This document shows positions 12,110 to 25,399 of a stretch of 64,000 bases of DNA, piece after piece. Source of the DNA: Octopus bimaculoides. Its lineage: Eukaryota. Every line of letters begins with the position of its first letter. The stretch's first letter is position 1. The notes beneath the pieces are model-generated. The model did no database searches. It saw only the letters and a list, made by a program, of their open reading frames with translations, and had not been told where the DNA came from. The DNA is taken from positions 14,228,306 to 14,292,305 of the forward strand of contig NC_068983.1 in the NCBI RefSeq assembly GCF_001194135.2, given 5' to 3'. The translations under genes were made by a program, and so were the position numbers.

Positions 12110-12602
12110 GGTGTGAGAGGATGGTTAAGCAATAGTTAGTTTAATTAGGACCACCAACTGGCCATTCAATATTTTACACATAGTCCATCAAATTGACATT
12201 ATCTGTACATGTGCACCACATGTCAGATGACAAAATGATCACAGAGCAACGTGAGATGCAGTGTTTTGTTCAAGAACACAACGCTATGCCCAGTATGGGA
12301 ATCGAAATCACGTTCTCGCAATCGCGCGCGTGTGTTTATGTACACCAAATCCTTATAATTCTTACTCCTTTCATCACCCCCATTATCAGAAATTCATACC
12401 ACACCTGATTCCATATTTCGTCCTGTTTTAAGAATTAAAGTGGGCAACGTTGTTAAATCCCATATTCCTCGATGGTATAATTCATTTCCTTCAAACCACA
12501 GTCATAAACTCGTTCTATTGAAAGATTTCCAATACTTATTTACACCTAGAGGCCACAGTTAAAATACTTTTGAAATTATAGTTTGCAAATTTCTTTTCAC
12601 AG

Positions 12603-13319
12603 ACATATTCGGATTCAGCCTACCTGAATGGCACCAGAAAACACGTTATATATCATAAAATACGTATCAGGAAATGCTTTCTCCAACAATAAGTTTATTG
12701 TATTATTATTATTTAGTCTTAATTTTACAACTTGCCGGAAGTGAGTCACTTCCGGTTTGTATCTGGGATCGAGGTTGTTTTCGTTTTCGGACAGGCTGGT
12801 GGTGTCTTTTGTGTTCATCTATATCTCCGAATGTTTTCTTCTTTTAGTTACTTCCTGTTACTATGAACGTGACTGTACCAGTGTGACCAAATTTTGTAAG
12901 ATAATTTAAATATATTTAGTTGTTTTCTTATGTTAACCTGAGATACATACTTATAATGTTGTGTAGATAATTGTATATCCATGGGTGAAAGTGTTTCAGT
13001 ATATTCAACATTTTCCCTCCTTTAGCACTTTTCACTCTTGTGTATTAGTCATGATAAATATGCTGAATGTATTTATTTTGTAGTCAAGCTTTGTTGCAAG
13101 AAAATTCTATATCAGGAAATCAAATATAAGTAAAAACCTCTTCAAATAATTTTGTATTTAAGTTTATCTTATTTTTGTATTTTCTTGTTTTGTAGTCTAC
13201 CGTACGCTTGCCGTACACTTGTATGTACACGCACTACACGTGCACATTGTAACGTATGAGTAGAAAATAAATAGCTCCAAAGTTTAAACAATTGGTCGTT
13301 TTTGCTATTGCAGTGGTGA
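12603..13319 (+). CDS. Candidate spliced micro-exon chain encoding a Cys-rich peptide (speculative)
   Basis: Exons 12603-12663, 12848-12895, 13084-13129, 13196-13253 and 13314-13319 have GT-AG boundaries and consistent phases (0-1, 1-1, 1-2, 2-0). Translation: TYSDSAYLNGTRKHVIYHKILTSCYYERDCTSVTKFFKLCCKKILYQEIKYNLPYACRTLVCTRTTRAHCNW*. No start exon found; two introns are only 60-66 nt. Confidence 0.2.
12735..12755. promoter_or_regulatory. Perfect palindrome: ETS / AP-1 / ETS composite motif
   Basis: CCGGAAGTGA-G-TCACTTCCGG, 10-bp arms with a 1-nt centre. Contains CCGGAAGT on both strands and TGAGTCA in the middle. Confidence 0.45.
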
Positions 13320-13644
13320 TTGTGACCCGGCTCGCCTAGATTATTACACGGAGCAGCAATAGGAAATATGATCTATTACTCGAATTAAATGTTATATAAT
13401 CCAACGTATAGTTTTCTATTAACCTTTGCTATTACAAATTAGACTAGACTTCTTCATCTAAACTCTAGTAAACAAAATGTAGCTTTAAACTAGGTACCCA
13501 AGCATTCACTTTTGGATTTATTAATTAGAATTAATTAGAATTGCTCTCATGTTCATATACCTGGAAACTTCCAAGTAACTCTCCTACGTTTTGTTTTAAA
13601 TGCACCAATGATTTTATTCTACACATATAGATACATACTTGCAC

Positions 13645-13687
<43 letters not shown>

Positions 13688-13713
13688 CAGGTACACACAT
13701 ATAACTGGTATAA

Positions 13714-13892
13714 ACTCTTTGTTTCAGTCATTTGACTGCGGCCATGCTGGATCACCGCCTTTAGTCGAGCAAATCGACCCCAGGACTTATTCTTTGTAAG
13801 TCTAGTACTTATTCTATCAGTCTCTTTTTGCCGAACCGCTAAGTTACGGGGACGTAAACTCACCAGCATCGGTTGTCAAGCGATGTTGGGAG

Positions 13893-13964
<72 letters not shown>

Positions 13965-14137
13965 CATATATACGACGGGCTTTTTTCAGTTTCCGTCTAC
14001 CAAATCCACTCACAAGGCTTTGGTCGGCCCGAGGCCATAGTAGAAGACACTTGCCCAAGGTGCCACGCAGTGGGACTGAACCCAGAACCATGTGGTTGGT
14101 AAGCAAGCTACTTACCACACAACCACTCCTGCGCCTA
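13714..14137 (-). mobile_element. SINE family B (tRNA head, CORE-like block, internal TA/TG microsatellite), near full length
   Basis: Minus strand: TAGGCGCAGGAGTGGTTGTGTGGTAAGTAGC..GGTTCTGGGTTCAGTCCC..GTGGCACCTTGGGCAAGTGTCTTCTACT (like the CORE consensus GTGACCTTGGGCAAGT)...tail GACTGAAACAAAGAGT. Highly similar to 38277-38702. Confidence 0.85.
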
Positions 14138-14802
14138 TATATATATATATATATATATATGCTGTGTTTAGCAGAAACTCTGTACGAAACTGAATAAAAT
14201 CAGTATCATATTAAAAAGAAACCCACAAATTTATTAACCGCTACTATGTTTAAACAAGCTTGCTTACATTTTATTTTATTTCCCTGATTCTGCACTTATC
14301 TTCTACACTCTTATTTTCCCTTACCACTTCATTAAGTTCCCTTCACATAGCTACCCTCTTTGGTCGTCCAATTAGATATTTTGTAAAATATTGATTACTG
14401 GTACTATAATCTCTTTTTCAGGTCGTCTAGTAAAACATTTTATGCAATATTGACACTTTTTATTCTTTTAACGTAATTTAATATACGTTTACTAAAATAA
14501 TTATTTAAAGAATTTACATCTGTACACTTAACGACATAGGGAGAAAACAATAAAAGGTAAGCAAAACCATACAAAAATAAAACGACTGAAATACATTTCC
14601 GTTTCGCTCACTTCAGCATCACCCATACATAGATGTTCTTTCATTATGACTTCTATGTCACCTTTATTTTAAATATAATCATTCTCAATACATTGCCATC
14701 TTTAATTGCCTTTGAGACACCCTACTGACTTGTCATAATTTGCACATTTCAATCAATCATGCAAACCGTTACACCGTTTTTGTTTTCAAAGAGGTCTCTC
14801 CT

Positions 14803-15182
14803 CTTTTACTTGATTCAGTCATTGAATCGCGGCCATGTCGGAGCATTGCTTTGAAAGAGTTTTGTCGAACAAACCGATCCCAATACTTACTTTTTTTTAA
14901 AATTTAAAGTTTCATACTGTTTTCAATTGGTTGTTGGGCATTGGAAAGTGAGTGACAAGCACTAACACAAACACACGCTCCCCAACGATTCACATCCACT
15001 TACATACATATCTATATACGACGGACTTCCGCACGGTTTCCATATGCTAAATTCGCTCACAATGTATTGATCAGCTCGAAGCTTCAGTAGAAGATACTTG
15101 TTCAAGCAATCGTGCAGTACAACTGCCGAAACTTCGTGGTTGCAAAGCAATCATCTTAGCTACAGGCCCAAACCTGCTCCTC
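14803..15182 (-). mobile_element. SINE family B, older diverged copy
   Basis: Same ordered blocks as 13714-14137 with many substitutions. Confidence 0.7.
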
Positions 15183-15650
15183 AAAAAAATTTAAACTAAA
15201 AAGTTTTATTACAAGTTATTACTTCTATTTATTATTACTGGTTACTTCTATTAAAAATAGTAAACATAACTAAAAACATTTTTTGGACTTTAAAAAAATT
15301 AATTTTTTAAATTATTAATTAATTAATTAGAAATTTGAAATTGCGTTATAAAATTGATAGTAGTACACAATTAGCACAATAAATAGAATGATGCAAAAAT
15401 TAGTTATAGGTAGATTTTACTGTAATATATAACAACAAATTCACAGTAAAATTTGCTTGATTTGTTGCTTAAATTATCATCATCATCATCATGACCTTTG
15501 TCAATGTATAGTTTGGTACAACTCGTCATAGATTGACAAATGAAACACCTTTCGTTATTTAGTTACGGCCTTTTAAGTTCAAATTTGATTTTAAATCCCG
15601 ATAAATTAAAGCCATGCAAGTTCTGGCAAGTATTGGATTCTCTCTCTGTG

Positions 15651-15689
<39 letters not shown>

Positions 15690-16099
15690 NNNNNNNNNNN
15701 NNNNNNNNNNNNNNNNNNNNNNNNNNNNNNNNNNNNNNNNNNNNNNNNNNNNNNNNNNNNNNNNNNNNNNNNNNNNNNNNNNNNNNNNNNNNNNNNNNNN
15801 NNNNNNNNNNNNNNNNNNNNNNNNNNNNNNNNNNNNNNNNNNNNNNNNNNNNNNNNNNNNNNNNNNNNNNNNNNNNNNNNNNNNNNNNNNNNNNNNNNNN
15901 NNNNNNNNNNNNNNNNNNNNNNNNNNNNNNNNNNNNTGACGACGCAATTCTTGTTCACCTGTTATTCAATAAATTAATATTAAATCTGCATTCGCCTTTT
16001 TATTCTTAAGAACATGTATAATAGATATCAAAAACTGGTTATTAATACTGCTTATTATTTTTGAAATGCCGCCGCCTTTACGAAAATAATATATCTGTT

Positions 16100-16745
16100 C
16101 CACTCTAGGCACAGAGCCCGAAATTTTGGGGGAGGTGGCCAGTCGATTAGATCGACCCCAGTAAATAACTGGTAATTTATCGACCCTGAAAGGATAGGTC
16201 AACCTCGGCGGAATTTGAACTCAGAACGTAAAGACAGACGAAATACTGCTAAGCATTTCACCGGCGTGCAAACGATCCTGCCAGCACGTTGCTTTGAACT
16301 GGTAATTAATATTGGCTTAAGATTTTGGCACAAGGCCAGTAATTCCGGGTGAGGGGTAAGTCGATAAGATCTACCTCAGCGTTCAACCGGTGCTTATTTC
16401 ATCGACCCAGAAAGAACGAAAGACACATTTTGAACGTGGAGACGGACGAAATGCCGCAAAGCATTTCGCCCGGAGTGCTTATGGTTCTGCAAACTCGCTG
16501 CCTTCAACTCGTTGCTAATATTACCAAACCTTTAAGGTTGCGACTGGCGGAATCGTTAGCAGGCCGGCCAAAAGGCTTAGTGAGGTTTCGTCCGTCTGTG
16601 CAATCTGAGTTCAAAAGCCACAAGGGTCGTCTTTACCTTTCATCTTTTCGTGGTCGATAAAATAAGTACGTGTTGAACACTGGGAACTCCCTCCGTCCTC
16701 CCTCACCCGAATTTGGTAGCCTTGTGCTAAAATTTGAAACCAATA
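16100..16745. mobile_element. Cluster of three family A SINEs: 16100-16295 (-), 16318-16505 (-), 16538-16745 (+)
   Basis: Repeated GAACTCAGAACGTAAAGACAGACGAAAT / TTTATCGACCC blocks; the third copy is in the opposite orientation. Confidence 0.8.
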
Positions 16746-17093
16746 TTGCTATACCTGTGCGAAATCAAAATATATACGTATAAAAGAATATATGAATATA
16801 TTTAAATATGTGTGCACATACATACACATATATATATATATATATACACATGCGTGGTGTGTTTGAATGTGTATTGTACGTATATATAAAACATTCACAC
16901 ACATATGTACGAAAGTTTTTGCATCATAGTATACAGAAGTCGTAAATAATACACTCGTAGTTATTTATCTTTTCCAGTATCTCCCTGCGTATTCCAGTAT
17001 CCCTTTCATCTTTACAAATTTTATGCCATATGTAATATACAGAGGTCAATTAAAAGATTATGCGCCAGTTTCCTCATTAAATGGGAGATTTGA

Positions 17094-17132
<39 letters not shown>

Positions 17133-17471
17133 NNNNNNNNNNNNNNNNNNNNNNNNNNNNNNNNNNNNNNNNNNNNNNNNNNNNNNNNNNNNNNNNNNNN
17201 NNNNNNNNNNNNNNNNNNNNNNNNNNNNNNNNNNNNNNNNNNNNNNNNNNNNNNNNNNNNNNNNNNNNNNNNNNNNNNNNNNNNNNNNNNNNNNNNNNNN
17301 NNNNNNNNNNNNNNNNNNNNNNNNNNNNNNNNNNNNNNNNNNNNNNNNNNNNNNNNNNNNNNNNNNNNNNNNNNNNNNNNNNNNNNNNNNNNNNNNNNNN
17401 NNNNNNNNNNNNNNNNNNNNNNNNNNNNNNNNNNNNNNNNNNNNNNNNNNNNNNNNNATATATATATATAT

Positions 17472-17508
<37 letters not shown>

Positions 17509-18229
17509 TATATATATGTGTGTGCGTGCGTGTATGGCTTGTAAGATATACATATGTACATTTATACATAAATATATATGTGCATATTTATACCTATATA
17601 CTTGTGTATATTCAGCTATTCAAGTTTGCAGATCTAACTATCTATCGATATACATGCGCGCGCACGCACATACATGTGTGTATGTATGCTTACACGCGCA
17701 CATAATATGTGACGCTATTCCCTTGATGAAAGTCGCAGTGATGTAAAGAAATAAATTTTATTATTCAATTAGAGAGACTCTTATATATAAGTTTATATTA
17801 TTTCAGCCATTTAAAATATAATCAACATTAGTTCTGTACTTTCTGATTGTTATTGTATAGACAGCCAAGAATAATTAACTTAAAATTCATTCTAATCTAA
17901 TTCTATGTCCTTTTGAAGTGAAGCCATATTTTCACTTCGTAATGTCCACGTTTGCTATTAAAGCAAGATCTGACATACAAGATTTATTTATGCATACTTT
18001 TACATGCTTAGAGGTTATTTTGTAATTAATCAATGCAACGCAGCTGAAGTGTCATAACAGATATCCTGAAATTTTACTAGTTCGTTGTCAGAGAGAGACG
18101 AGAATCATCATATTTTGAACATATTCCTTATATATATATATATAATATTATTGTATGATCGAACGCCATGCATCCGTTTCCAAGTAAGTTTTATCTTAAT
18201 ACATACGTACGTGCATATATGTACATATG

Positions 18230-18424
18230 TACGAGGGGGAGCTGAAATGTTCTTGGCTTTAAATGTATCGCGAAAGGCCTGGTAGGAAGCCCAAATTCCG
18301 AGTTCTTTTACAGGTCAATAAGGTTGTGAATCTGAGACGAGAATATGCTGAATAAAATCATAGTTAACTGATCCTTCGGTATTTTCTTTTACCCAAAGCC
18401 AGGAACTTTTCAGGAACCCTCGTA
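18230..18424 (+). mobile_element. Mariner-derived MITE with TA target duplication
   Basis: Left TA-CGAGGGGGAGCTGAAATGTTCTTGGCTTT; right end reverse complement TA-CGAGGGTTCCTGAAAAGTTCCTGGCTTT. Related copies at 38138 and 59713. Confidence 0.8.
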
Positions 18425-19621
18425 TATATAATTTGGTAGGGGCATTGAAATACTAATAACTTGGTATAGAACTAAATATATATATATGTATATATATATA
18501 TATATNNNNNNNNNNNNNNNNNNNNNNNNNNNNNNNNNNNNNNNNNNNNNNNNNNNNNNNNNNNNNNNNNNNNNNNNNNNNNNNNNNNNNNNNNNNNNNN
18601 NNNNNNNNNNNNNNNNNNNNNNNNNNNNNNNNNNNNNNNNNNNNNNNNNNNNNNNNNNNNNNNNNNNNNNNNNNNNNNNNNNNNNNNNNNNNNNNNNNNN
18701 NNNNNNNNNNNNNNNNNNNNNNNNNNNNNNNNNNNNNNNNNNNNNNNNNNNNNNNNNNNNNNNNNNNNNNNNNNNNNNNNNNNNNNNNNNNNNNNNNNNN
18801 NNNNNNNNNNNNNNNNNNNNNNNNNNNNNNNNNNNNNNNNNNNNNNNNNNNNNNNNNNNNNNNNNNNNNNNNNNNNNNNNNNNNNNNNNNNNNNNNNNNN
18901 NNNNNNNNNNNNNNNNNNNNNNNNNNNNNNNNNNNNNNNNNNNNNNNNNNNNNNNNNNNNNNNNNNNNNNNNNNNNNNNNNNNNNNNNNNNNNNNNNNNN
19001 NNNNNNNNNNNNNNNNNNNNNNNNNNNNNNNNNNNNNNNNNNNNNNNNNNNNNNNNNNNNNNNNNNNNNNNNNNNNNNNNNNNNNNNNNNNNNNNNNNNN
19101 NNNNNNNNNNNNNNNNNNNNNNNNNNNNNNNNNNNNNNNNNNNNNNNNNNNNNNNNNNNNNNNNNNNNNNNNNNNTATATATATATATATATGCATATTA
19201 TGAAGCTTAGGTACATAGACATTTAATCCTGTACTTCCTTCATTAATCATCTCCAGTTAACACATTTTAAAACACTGAGTGTGATTGAACCTAGTATTTT
19301 AACTCAAGAGATGATTACATTCTAAATACCATATTCTACGTATATTTCAACATTAGTTCTCGCCGTTATCAATATAGAATGTTGATTCGAACCTGAAACA
19401 GTTCCAAACAATTTAACTACGTCTTGTGCATGCCTGGAAGGCTTTTATTTTATTGTAATTCATCTCTGTTGGGAATTGCGCAATTTATGCATTGTCAATT
19501 TTAATGGCAATACAGATTGAATAGCTGTCCATAGCGAATATATGTATACAAACGTCAACATATGTATGTAAACACGTATGTATAAATATGTATGTATATG
19601 TGTATACGTATATAGGCTTAC

Positions 19622-19689
<68 letters not shown>

Positions 19690-20135
19690 GTCTATTATTT
19701 ATAAGCATAGAGGTACACACATACATATATACGTGTGTGTGTCTACGTATACAGATGCTTACACATAGATATATATTCAACCATATATATACACAAACAC
19801 ACACTCACGCACAATTCAATACACAAATATTCCCCAAGGTGTTGGGATTTGGCCAATGCAAGAAATATTTTGGCGATCGGCTCAATTATATAAAAGTATT
19901 TCCGAGGAGTTCAATTAGGTAGTTGCAACTTGTATGTAACCTGTTTTTATAATGTCTTAGTCGGTATAAATGTTTCCTGTTGTTCTGATTATACAAGGAG
20001 AAATGTCATTAGAGAAAGTCAAATGAGATAATAAATAGTTTCGACAGAATGCGTGTATAGGTAGCCAAAAATCTATGTAATTCTATAACACACTTATATG
20101 AAAATGATTGCATCTGTGTACGTTTATATATGTAT

Positions 20136-20168
<33 letters not shown>

Positions 20169-20173
20169 TATAT

Positions 20174-20219
<46 letters not shown>

Positions 20220-20351
20220 ACATATTTATTTATTCAGTATTCCTGTTCAGTACATTCTCACTCATTCTCTTTGTCTCAACATATACAAGTATATGTGTTT
20301 ATCTTTCTCTATAAATTTTATATAAACACACACACACACACCCACATACAC

Positions 20352-20397
<46 letters not shown>

Positions 20398-20460
20398 GAC
20401 ATATATATGTATACAAATATAAACGCACACATTGACATACTTGTATGTATATACGCAGAC

Positions 20461-20501
<41 letters not shown>

Positions 20502-20578
20502 ATATATATATGTGTGTATGTGTGTATGTCTATATGTGTGTGTGTGTATATATATGTGAGTGTATATATATATATATA

Positions 20579-20657
<79 letters not shown>

Positions 20658-20661
20658 GGAT

Positions 20662-20700
<39 letters not shown>

Positions 20701-21368
20701 TAGAAAGAGAGAGAGAGAGATAGAGTGTATGTGTGTGTGTGTATAGTTATTTACGATGTATATAGCAATGAAATATAGATTCATTAGTGTATTCATTCAG
20801 AACCACCAATATCATTTTAGCAGTAAGGCCATAAACTTTTGTTATCATTACAGCAACAGACGAATAAAAACGTTATCATTGTAGCGGCTGCGAATGTTCG
20901 GTTAAACTAGATATTAACTAAATTATCAGAAAATATCTATCAAATTATATGTTCACAGAGTATGTTATGTGGTCACATTTTTGTAATATATACCAACTTA
21001 ATATTATGTAGTATTTTAATATGATATTCTGGAAGACACTGACCCAGTTTGTAGTTTAGTCTTATTTTTCGTATTATATGCTGTCTATTTGATTCTAAAA
21101 TGTGTATATTTTTATCGTTCAGGAAGATGTGTATAGCAGTCTGTAAGTTTAGTTAGCTCTAGGTGAAACAAATAATTATGTCTGAAATTCCAGATCAGAG
21201 TGGGTTTTCTATGAAAAGGTTTCCGAGCACGAAAGAAATAACTGATGGGAATGCAAAACGCAATGTGAAGGTTAAATGCTAATACGTCTCTACCTTTTAA
21301 ATTCATGCTGCCATTATCTCGTTTCTACTGGCTATAACTTGACCATTTCACTTTCTAAAACCATAATA

Positions 21369-21459
<91 letters not shown>

Positions 21460-21774
21460 NNNNNNNNNNNNNNNNNNNNNNNNNNNNNNNNNNNNNNNNN
21501 NNNNNNNNNNNNNNNNNNNNNNNNNNNNNNNNNNNNNNNNNNNNNNNNNNNNNNNNNNNNNNNNNNNNNNNNNNNNNNNCTTGGGGATGGTCATATTGCC
21601 AGTTTTGCCAATAAAAACACACGCACTGTATATTTGGTGTTAATTTGCTTCAGCTTTATATTACATTATATTACATTAATCCTATTTCGGCCAGAGTTCT
21701 TTCGTCACACTTCTGTGACCTCATCAGTGGTCCTTTGCTTTCTTCTTTCTTCTGTGTGTGTCACCTTGCTAACT

Positions 21775-21870
21775 ATCAGCTGAGTAGACTGGAGCAGCGT
21801 GAAATAAAGTGTCTTGCTCAAGGACAAAACGCGTCACCGAGAATTGAACTCACGACCTTACGATCGTACT
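21775..21870 (-). mobile_element. SINE family D, 5' fragment
   Basis: Matches 27580-27660 (GACTGGAGCA(A/G)CGTGAAATAAAGTG..CAAGGAC..GAATTGAA(C/A)TCACGACC). Confidence 0.65.
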
Positions 21871-22569
21871 TTTTTTTTTACATATGCATTGTTGCATTTC
21901 GTTACCATCTTTGCCGATCCAGAAACTGACGAGTTTCTTCGAATATCGTACTGATACATGTATGCATGCATAAATACATACATACATACATGCATGCGTA
22001 CATATATATATACATACACATTCACACACTCAGTATATATGTATGTAGAGAGTGAGAGAGGGAGAGTGTATAACCAAGAAACACGCAAAAATTATATTAA
22101 CTTTCTGTACATTCTCTGATTATACAGTATAGGTCAAGACTCGTGGCACCTCTTGAATACCTTTGATGCTATCACTGTTACAAAATGTGAAAGCCTTTGA
22201 TAGGTAAAGTGTGAGACAGAAAATAAAAAACATTGCTTGAAGGAACAGGCAATTGGCGTTTTAATTGTCACAATATGGCAAGTACTCTGAAAAGTGAGGG
22301 GGATTATAAGAGTGATCAAATAGAGGCATCAGTATCGAATATTAGGTAAAGTATTTGGCGAATCATAACTGAAGAATTTGAGGAATGAGGGAAGAGGATG
22401 ATTAACTTGACAGATGAAGAGAGTAGGCAAGTCTGAGTTTAAACTCAGAGCACTAACTCACAGTGCATATCTGGTAATACTTTGCAGCGCTCATCTACAC
22501 TTAATTATAAGTCGTATCTAATTATCATATTGTCATATATGTATATATATATGGATATATTATTTTATA

Positions 22570-22722
22570 GTTTCAGTCATTTGGTTGCAGCAATGCTGGA
22601 GTTCCATCTTACAGGGTTTTTTTCAGTCGACCCCAGGACTTATTCTTTGTAAGCCTAGCACTTATTTTATTGGTCTCTTTTGCCGAACCGCTAATTTACG
22701 GGGATGCAATCACACCAACATC
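22570..22722 (-). mobile_element. SINE family B, 3' fragment
   Basis: GTTTCAGTCATTTG..GACCCCAGGACTTATTCTTTGTAAGCCTAG..GCCGAACCGCTAA. Confidence 0.75.
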
Positions 22723-23223
22723 AGAGAGATTATTGAGTGGAGATCCTACTGGAAATAAGTTTTCGGAAAATTCAGCATGACTAATGAACTGTAAATATAG
22801 GGCTGACTATTTTGACAAACGATATATGCAGTTTTTATAAAAACGAAACTTGATAAAAACAAAATACCATACAATACTTATAAGCAGTAAAACAAAAGAA
22901 AAACAACAGCTAATGAGGAGATTGAAATGTAAACACGTATCTAACAAACGTAATATAAGCCAATCAGATATATAGAAGGTGAAGCAAGTTCAAAAAAAGA
23001 CTTAGTCAAAAGAACCAGCCCATTGCGATCGATGTAAAAGAAAATACGGACTTATTACCCCAAGTGGCATGAAAATCAAATTTCAGTAAAGAAATCCATT
23101 TGAAATTTAAAGAATATTCTTCTTAAGATGTGTTGAGTTTTCTCTGCCAAATGTGTTAGAAAAAGATCACCACTTGGATACATCATTGTGTGTGAGTGTA
23201 GGCACACAAATACACACACACAC

Positions 23224-23293
<70 letters not shown>

Positions 23294-24230
23294 ACACACA
23301 TCACATGATAATGATTATGGTTCAATCCCACATCACGTAACCTTGTTCAAGTTCCGTTTACTGTACCCCCAGTCGCTCTATAGCCGTGTGAATTAAATTT
23401 AATAGACCAAACTGTCTTCAAAAGCGAGATATGATAGGATAAAATAAATAACAACAAAGTTTCCTTTGAAGCATATCTATACAGTCAATCTCTTTAGAGA
23501 AATTAATTGCACCATAGCATAAAGATCACAAATCTATAGAAATCATGGTTTTCCCAAGAGAGCTTTAAAAACGTTAAATAGAACCTGTGTGTGAATATAA
23601 TTGTGAGTTATGTCAAGGTTTGAACGAAATTAGATTCTCTGTAAAATTCATTTCTTGTCAATAATCTATTTCTTCTGTGCATACAAGCATACACGCATGC
23701 GTACATACACATATACATACAATCTAAACCATCACAAGAACTGTGCAAAACTTTCCAGAAGTTTACCATTTAAATATATTTGCGTATGTCTAGACATACA
23801 AATATATGCATCAAAATACGTACATAAAACAAAATACACAAATCTGCTCATGCACGGACGACTTAAATTCCGCAGATATGCATACATACATGCAAAAATA
23901 CCTTTCGATGTTGAAATTCCAGTTAAAAATCCTTCGATCTAGGTTGGAAACCGCCTCTTTCTCTATTGGGAAGAAATCTTGAAATAAAACTGAATAATGA
24001 CATTAGGGGTGGCATGTGAAACTGTTAATCCATAGCTGTTTCGAACCCTCTCCATCGTTCCCTCCCTATTTTCTTTCCTCATTTTTTTTTCTGTCGAAGA
24101 GTGTAGGCTCGAAATGTCAAAAACATTTCCATGTTTCCTCAGTGTCAAACTAATACACCTTGTTTGTTGATCTATCACCTGTCTCAGTCTTTTGGTTTCT
24201 GTATATTTGTACCATACACGCATACATACA

Positions 24231-24263
<33 letters not shown>

Positions 24264-25399
24264 TCGTTTGTGTCTGAACTATGTAATATACTGCATTGTA
24301 AACACTTCAATCATCTGAACTAATCTAATCATTCAGCAATAAAAGTACGTTCTGCGTCATTCAGTTCATCATGCATCGATCTGCTATTGTATGTGCAAAC
24401 TTAGCAATTTTTTATGGGGAGTCGATCAGTTGTCCGTGTATGCAAATCTCTTCTTTCCGCACTACCAATATCTTTTCAAAAGTGAGCCCGTAGATACAGG
24501 CTGACCCACCTCATCACGACTGTCATTGTAGCTACCGCTCACAGAAGACAATGAGCCAGTACAGACAGCGCAAGACATTTCGGCCAACTCTGATACAACT
24601 CAGTTGTTATTCGTTTAGCGACCTCGAATTGTCGGTAAATAATACCTCGTTCGGTAACAGATGTGGGTAGTGAGAGGAAGAGCATCCGACCGTAGAAATC
24701 TGTCTGAAAGTATTACGTTTGAGCCATGCAAGCATAGGAATATGGAGTTTAAACGATAATTGTAATGATGATGATAATAAATGATGACAATCATATTTCT
24801 GTATGTGTTGGTGCATATGTGTTTGTGCGTGGGTGTACGCGAATTCTTTCAAATCTCCCCACACATAAAATCTATCTGTTTGTGTATGAATTTGCATTCG
24901 TGATCGCTTTTTCTTTTGCTGTTTTAAAATGTAATCCCATTCTGAATTCCCGAACGATTAAATGGAAATACAAAACATTTTGATTAATTAAATAGTTAAT
25001 GAGCATTTAGATTACAATTTAACTAGTGTGATTTCAAATACGATTACACATGTGTAACATTTATAATATTTATAGACATGCAAGATGAAGATTAATACTG
25101 TTTGGAAATACTGTTCGTCTGCAGCCGTCGTTCAGCTAATGTACATTTATTGCTCGCATATATTTATGGAAATGCAAATAAATGGAAATAAATATTTGGC
25201 TTCAGGGTTTTTCCTTTCGTTTAATGCATACATGTTTCACATATCATAAATCTGAAGTCGTATGAAATGTTTACTGAGATAGGAAAAGCGTAGATATTCC
25301 TTATAATTTTTATTATCTATACCATGCTTATCTACGTTATTGATTGACAAGTACATGAGGTAATTCTATGAGGTTATGTTATCTGCTAGAAATACTTGG

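Noticed and set aside
21123-21270. Plus-strand micro-exon candidates (21123-21142; 21163-21270) and similar ones at 4338, 31211, 32817 and 47987
   Set aside because: AG...GT pairs with short open frames are expected by chance in T-rich DNA; they could not be joined into a consistent, recognisable protein.
24030-24125. Two hammerhead-like traces (minus ..TTCGAAACAGCTAT; plus TCGAAGA..GCTCGAAATGTC)
   Set aside because: Cores and stems are too degenerate to call. Possibly a decayed Penelope-type terminus; noted only because position 4 is again C.
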